From contig JBDRIM010000073.1 in the NCBI GenBank assembly GCA_043816005.1, positions 1-32,000 on the forward strand: DNA of 32,000 bases. Direction: 5' to 3'. Made by a program: the position numbers and the translations under genes. How positions within the stretch are numbered: position 1 is the first letter of the stretch; the number at the start of each line of letters is the position of its first letter. Source of the DNA: Candidatus Micrarchaeota archaeon. GTDB taxonomy: Archaea > Micrarchaeota > Micrarchaeia > Anstonellales > Bilamarchaeaceae. The notes below the pieces were generated by a model. It searched no databases. It had not been told where the DNA came from and worked only from the letters and a program-made list of their open reading frames with translations. Positions 27,563 to 32,000 of the stretch are shown here, piece by piece.

Positions 27563-28309
27563 TTACAATTCCTCATATCCAACATTAAATTTTTCTGCTA
27601 ATTTCCTTATTTTCTTTTTTTGATCTAAATTTGTCTCGTCTTTCAGAACAACAACTTTGGAAATTTTTTCAACATTCTTTTCAATTGCTTGTTTGAACAT
27701 TTCCTCATCAAGTTCTTCGATAGCATACTTCGGTGCCATATGTCCGACTGCCAATTTCCCATCTACAACTATTTTAGTAAAATTTTTCTGGTAATGCCCC
27801 CCGCCAAAACCAATAACGGTTTCACATTCTTTAACCGGTCCTATGCTCGCAACAACTGCATTTGCCACTGCTTCCACAGCACTATCATCTCCCCATTGCT
27901 CTTCTCCATTTCCTATCTCTACAAAAATGATTGGTATCTTTATCGTAGGTCCATGGTGGTCTGCTTCAAGGTAAAATGGCCATCCTATTTTTTTGGCCTC
28001 GTTATTCATCTCAATTGCAATTTTTTTCAGTATTGTACCTGGTGCTATATTGAGTGTTCTCTCTTTTCCACCCATCCCCGCATTTCCCCAGTTTCCAGGG
28101 ATATGTGCAGTGAGCATTTTTCCAGCCATCTTACTTTTGTGCGTACTAAGCATGATGATATAATCAGTTTCTAAATTTTCAGGTACATCAAGAACTGTTG
28201 GTAATTTTGTATCAATTAGTTTCACGCCCTCTCTTTCCCATGCACTATCTCCCGTTTTTCTGAACCCATGCCCTGTGATAAGTTTCTCGGCAATTTTTTT
28301 ACTGGCCAC
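27563..28309 (-). CDS. dtdA: Archaeal/plant-type D-aminoacyl-tRNA deacylase
   Basis: STHKSKMAGKMLTAHIPGNW, EADHHGPT, GFGGGHYQKNFTK, VGHMAPKYA. Confidence 0.93.
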   Translation of the reverse strand: MASKKIAEKLITGHGFRKTGDSAWEREGVKLIDTKLPTVLDVPENLETDYIIMLSTHKSKMAGKMLTAHIPGNWGNAGMGGKERTLNIAPGTILKKIAIEMNNEAKKIGWPFYLEADHHGPTIKIPIIFVEIGNGEEQWGDDSAVEAVANAVVASIGPVKECETVIGFGGGHYQKNFTKIVVDGKLAVGHMAPKYAIEELDEEMFKQAIEKNVEKISKVVVLKDETNLDQKKKIRKLAEKFNVGYEEL

Positions 28310-28332
28310 ATTCTCTGATGTAAAAAGTATTA

Positions 28333-28893
28333 TCAGAAAATCACCAGAAATGCAGTTGCAATTATTGGTATCATCAAATTATCATCTATAAGTGGCAATG
28401 TTTCAATAATTGCACCAAGAATCACTAGAGGTATTGCTAATGGTCCTATGAAAAAATATGCTGGCATTGCAGCAATAACAAAAGCAATACTTCCTTCAAG
28501 AGTTTTTTTATTATTATGGGGCAATCTTATCTTTCCATGCCTTCCAATCAATGTGGAAAATCCATCTCCAAGTGCTAAAAGCATTATTATTGCCATTATC
28601 TCGTTCTGATCTACCAAAATAGTTATGGCAATCAAAATCCCAGTTGCATAACAAGCAGAACCCCATCCTGGTAATGGTGCACCGTTCCGTTCAAAATTGT
28701 TTTCAAACCACGCAACTACTTTCATTAATGAATTCCGTTTTCCGAGAAGTCTTGTATTCATGATAGCAAGTCCAATAATTATCGTGAAAAAAACCATTCC
28801 CATGGCCATACCCCTACCCAAGTATGAAATCACCATCATTACAACTAACCCAATTAGAATATGGAATAGTTGTCTTTTGTTCTCACGTTCCAC
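28333..28893 (-). CDS. Polyprenol/dolichol/phytol kinase-like membrane protein
   Basis: N-terminal KRQLFHILIGL, LALGDGFSTLIGRHGK, KKTLEGSIAF motifs. Confidence 0.75.
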   Translation of the reverse strand: MERENKRQLFHILIGLVVMMVISYLGRGMAMGMVFFTIIIGLAIMNTRLLGKRNSLMKVVAWFENNFERNGAPLPGWGSACYATGILIAITILVDQNEIMAIIMLLALGDGFSTLIGRHGKIRLPHNNKKTLEGSIAFVIAAMPAYFFIGPLAIPLVILGAIIETLPLIDDNLMIPIIATAFLVIF

Positions 28894-29365
28894 GTTTATC
28901 CCTCTTTATTTTCTTCCAAAAAACATCTGTTATGTAGTATGATATCAAAGCTACTGGAAGTGCACCTGCTATATCCTGGAAAACATGCACCCCCAAATTT
29001 AATCTTGTAAACGCAATCAACAATGCAAAAAACATAAAAAAAGAAAAACTTTTTTTATTTAAAAATCCACACATAAGAGTAAACGCAATTGTTGCATGGA
29101 GGCTCGGAAAAGAGTAATCATTAGGACACTCTAACTGGCCAATACATGGTCGTTCGTGAGCAAGCATAACTTTTACTGTAGTGGCAATAAGAAAAGCTAC
29201 AACAAGTGATAGTACTATTTTGCGTCTTTTATCATTTCTCTTCTCGCTAATGACTATGAGTGTTAATATTATCGCAATATACACAATGGCGCTGTCAAAG
29301 AAAAGATCCACAGCCCTAAGCAGCGGATGCTCTATCGAAAGTGCTAGTATACTTATTGCATCCAT
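28883..29365 (-). CDS. PAP2-family phosphatase
   Basis: KVMLAHERPC, FPSLHATIAFT, RLNLGVHVFQDIAGA. Confidence 0.87.
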   Translation of the reverse strand: MDAISILALSIEHPLLRAVDLFFDSAIVYIAIILTLIVISEKRNDKRRKIVLSLVVAFLIATTVKVMLAHERPCIGQLECPNDYSFPSLHATIAFTLMCGFLNKKSFSFFMFFALLIAFTRLNLGVHVFQDIAGALPVALISYYITDVFWKKIKRDKRGT

Positions 29366-29379
29366 AAACTTTGTTCACT

Positions 29380-30990
29380 TTATAAATTTATAAAATAGAA
29401 CGAAACCAGACTAATTATGGCCAGTCCAATTGAATAAAAACCAATTGCTGATTTCTTACCCTCACTATCTGCTATAGCAATTGCAACGATTGTCGTATAT
29501 ATAACTAAATAAGGTGGCACCAACACATTGCAGTTTATTAGAATAGTGTCTATACCTTCTTTTCCGATTGCTTCACTAACCGTTGCCATAAGGTTAAGTG
29601 CAATTTTAGCAATCATGGGTACAAGAACTGCACCAGCCATCAATGTATATTTTTGTGTTGCCAAAAGCTGGCTTCTCTCCCTCTTTATCTGAATATTTCT
29701 TATCATATCATCAGCAAGATTACTCATTAAATTAAGTGAATTAGTTTCAACCATCTGTTTCATCATGACACATGCACGTCCAAGCATTTTTGATTTATTT
29801 CGTCCAGCAAGATCATCCAAAACAGTTGTTATCCCAATATTCATATTCAATTGTTTCCTTGATTTTGCAGTTTCTTCAGATAATGCTCCAAACTGGGCGT
29901 CTTCAATTGCATGAAAAATCCTATCAAATCTTACTGATTTTGGCATACTACTTACTGTGAAAAGTGCATCTGGCAATTTTTCTTCTATGTCTTCAATGTT
30001 CTTTTCTTTTTTGTAATTTTCCACTGTCAAATACAATCCCATAATGGTACCAATGCAAAAAAATATCAACATAAATTCTGGTAGAAAGACTCCCACTATA
30101 ATCAATATCGGTGGTAATAATAATCTCACGTCAAACCAACTTTCATTTATGAACATCGATCTTGGCATAACCATTTTTGATATCATCAACAGAACGATGC
30201 TTATAGCTGGGAATATTATTAGAAGTGCTATAGTTAATTGTTCTTTAGTAATATCATTTCCAAATCCCATTCTTCCAGTTATCGCATAAACCATGAAGAA
30301 AGTTGGCAAAACTGAACTTGCCATCACAAATAATAAACCAAACATTGAACTTTTGGCGGCATACTCCTTCAGCTTATGTTGTTCCAATGAAATAAGTTCA
30401 TCACCCATCTTTCTTAGGTCTTTTCCAGATCCACCGCTTTCGTAGAGGGTTATCAATTGGGATAAGGCACGTTTTATTCCGACTGAATCAAATGAAATAG
30501 CCAATCCAGCCAATGCTTTTTGCATTGACATCCCACCTTCCACCTGTTTAATTACAATTTTTATCTCTTTTTCTAGAGCACAATGTCCATCAATAGAAAG
30601 AAACATTGCTTTTTGGAAATCTATCCCCATATCAATTAACATTCCAAAATTTCTTAGGAAAAAAGGAAATGCCATTTCAATTTCTGATTTTTTCGTATTC
30701 ATTTCCATAACCGGAAGAATAAAGAAAAAAACTGTGGTGAGTACAAATGTCAATAAACTAAAAATTATTTCTTCAATGAAAATAAAAACAACAACAGAGA
30801 ATACAACTGCGCTAATAATGGCCATGGCATTGTACTGCGCAGGATCTATCTCAGGGTTAAGAAATTTCAATTTTTTATTATGGCTTAATTTGATATTTAC
30901 TCGCGGGAATTGTTTTGTCATGTAACAAAAAAAATCAAACACTAGACTCACCACCATAAAGTTTCGTCTGTATTTCGTTGAAAAAATCAA
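29380..30990 (-). CDS. TadC/FlaJ-like type II secretion/archaellum-family membrane protein
   Basis: GMLIDMGIDFQKAML, GGSGKDLRKMGDEL, two T2SSF-like halves; true start may be internal (MTKQFPRV), avoiding the upstream overlap. Confidence 0.8.
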   Translation of the reverse strand: MIFSTKYRRNFMVVSLVFDFFCYMTKQFPRVNIKLSHNKKLKFLNPEIDPAQYNAMAIISAVVFSVVVFIFIEEIIFSLLTFVLTTVFFFILPVMEMNTKKSEIEMAFPFFLRNFGMLIDMGIDFQKAMFLSIDGHCALEKEIKIVIKQVEGGMSMQKALAGLAISFDSVGIKRALSQLITLYESGGSGKDLRKMGDELISLEQHKLKEYAAKSSMFGLLFVMASSVLPTFFMVYAITGRMGFGNDITKEQLTIALLIIFPAISIVLLMISKMVMPRSMFINESWFDVRLLLPPILIIVGVFLPEFMLIFFCIGTIMGLYLTVENYKKEKNIEDIEEKLPDALFTVSSMPKSVRFDRIFHAIEDAQFGALSEETAKSRKQLNMNIGITTVLDDLAGRNKSKMLGRACVMMKQMVETNSLNLMSNLADDMIRNIQIKRERSQLLATQKYTLMAGAVLVPMIAKIALNLMATVSEAIGKEGIDTILINCNVLVPPYLVIYTTIVAIAIADSEGKKSAIGFYSIGLAIISLVSFYFINL

Positions 30991-32000
30991 GATGATCTAC
31001 ACTTGCATCTGAAATCATTGTTTTACGTTTTTTTATTTCATCAAGGATTTGGTCTCTTTTCAATCCAAAATTTTCAGCTATTTTATCCATTAAACCACAT
31101 TTTTCTATTTCGAACTTCCCATTCGCATAGAATACATTCGCCTGTTTTTCACCCCCTACAAATTCGGCTATTTCAGTAATTTTTCTTACCTCTTTACATT
31201 CTCTTTTTTTACTATTATACTCCATCATTCTTCTCTGTACTATAATACAATCAATAGATCCAAGATCATCGTTTCTTATTCCAAATCCACATAATCGTGA
31301 AAGCGCTTCGTTAGCACTCTGTGCATGAAATGTCGCATAGCTACCTCTTGCCTGGCCCGCCAACAAAACATCAAATAATGCCTCACTTTCTTCTTTGTTT
31401 CTTACTTCTCCAACTATCATTCTATCAGGACGCATTCGCAGTGAGTCATAAACCAAGTCTTTAAGTCCAATTCCAAGTTCTTTATTTGCAACCAATCTCA
31501 ACTGGTGTTTGTGTGGTATGTTTATTTCTGGAGTCTCTTCTGTTATGATGATTCTTTCGGTTGCTGGGACAAATGAGAAAAGTGCATTCATCGTAGTGGT
31601 TTTCCCACTTGCAGTGTTTCCTGCTACCAGTAAGGAAAAATCACACTGCATAATCATGGACAAGAGTGCCATTACTTCTGTTGTGAGTAAATTCGAACAG
31701 AGTTCTTTTGGCGAAAACGGTCGTTGACGAAATTTTCTTATTGTTATTTCTCCATCTGATATTGGTGGGAGAGATGCATGGAGTCTAGACCCATTTGGTA
31801 AAATGGCATCCAGTCGTGGATTTTGCATGGTTATATGACGGCCAAGTACTCTTGCCATCTTATTGATCAGTTCCCCTATTGCAGCGTCTGTTTCAAAAGT
31901 AGCATTTACTTTTTTCCAACCTGTTTTTCTTATATAAACATAAGCTGGTTTATTTGGACCAACAATGCTTATCTCTTCAATTTCGTTATCATTGATTAAC
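30935..32000 (-). CDS. TadA/FlaI/GspE-family secretion ATPase, N-terminus beyond right edge
   Basis: GNTASGKTTTMNALF Walker A, RIIITEETPEI, LRMRPDRMIVGEVR, SYATFHAQS. The frame stays open to base 32000 (LINDNEIEEISIVGPNKPAYVYIRKTGWKK...). Confidence 0.9.
   Translation of the reverse strand, partial: LINDNEIEEISIVGPNKPAYVYIRKTGWKKVNATFETDAAIGELINKMARVLGRHITMQNPRLDAILPNGSRLHASLPPISDGEITIRKFRQRPFSPKELCSNLLTTEVMALLSMIMQCDFSLLVAGNTASGKTTTMNALFSFVPATERIIITEETPEINIPHKHQLRLVANKELGIGLKDLVYDSLRMRPDRMIVGEVRNKEESEALFDVLLAGQARGSYATFHAQSANEALSRLCGFGIRNDDLGSIDCIIVQRRMMEYNSKKRECKEVRKITEIAEFVGGEKQANVFYANGKFEIEKCGLMDKIAENFGLKRDQILDEIKKRKTMISDASVDHLDFFNEIQTKLYGGESSV

Overview
The window reads as a compact, AT-rich archaeal chromosome segment, possibly DPANN-like (this is inference; no 16S is visible). 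Supported core genes include pcna, a P-loop/dCMP deaminase fusion, aIF5B, mscL, pyrG, a COG1709-like HTH regulator, purQ, a VapBC-like pair, ftsZ, NAD kinase, a ZIP transporter, a SerA-like dehydrogenase, a double-ACT protein, purP, pheS inside a coupled membrane-protein operon, a TRAM protein, dtdA, a polyprenol-kinase-like protein, PAP2, and TadC/FlaJ and TadA/FlaI-type proteins. The strongest unannotated signal is at 7221-7559. It reconstructs as tRNA-Val(GAC) interrupted by an intron of about 50 nt in the D-arm and an intron of about 217 nt in the anticodon loop. The long intron has no convincing ORF and can be drawn as two closed domains carrying four perfect 9-10 bp hairpins. Several of these hairpins share an apical CGA-N4-TCG motif that recurs after ftsZ. 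Other palindromes sit between tandem copies of gene ends: the ftsZ stop region, and a regulator's RBS/start region. Dense palindromes also occur upstream of pcna, vapB and ftsZ. The working hypothesis is a population of short hairpin elements or a structured-RNA system concentrated in non-coding gaps and tRNA introns. All coordinates and foldings were derived by hand, and no database search was run.
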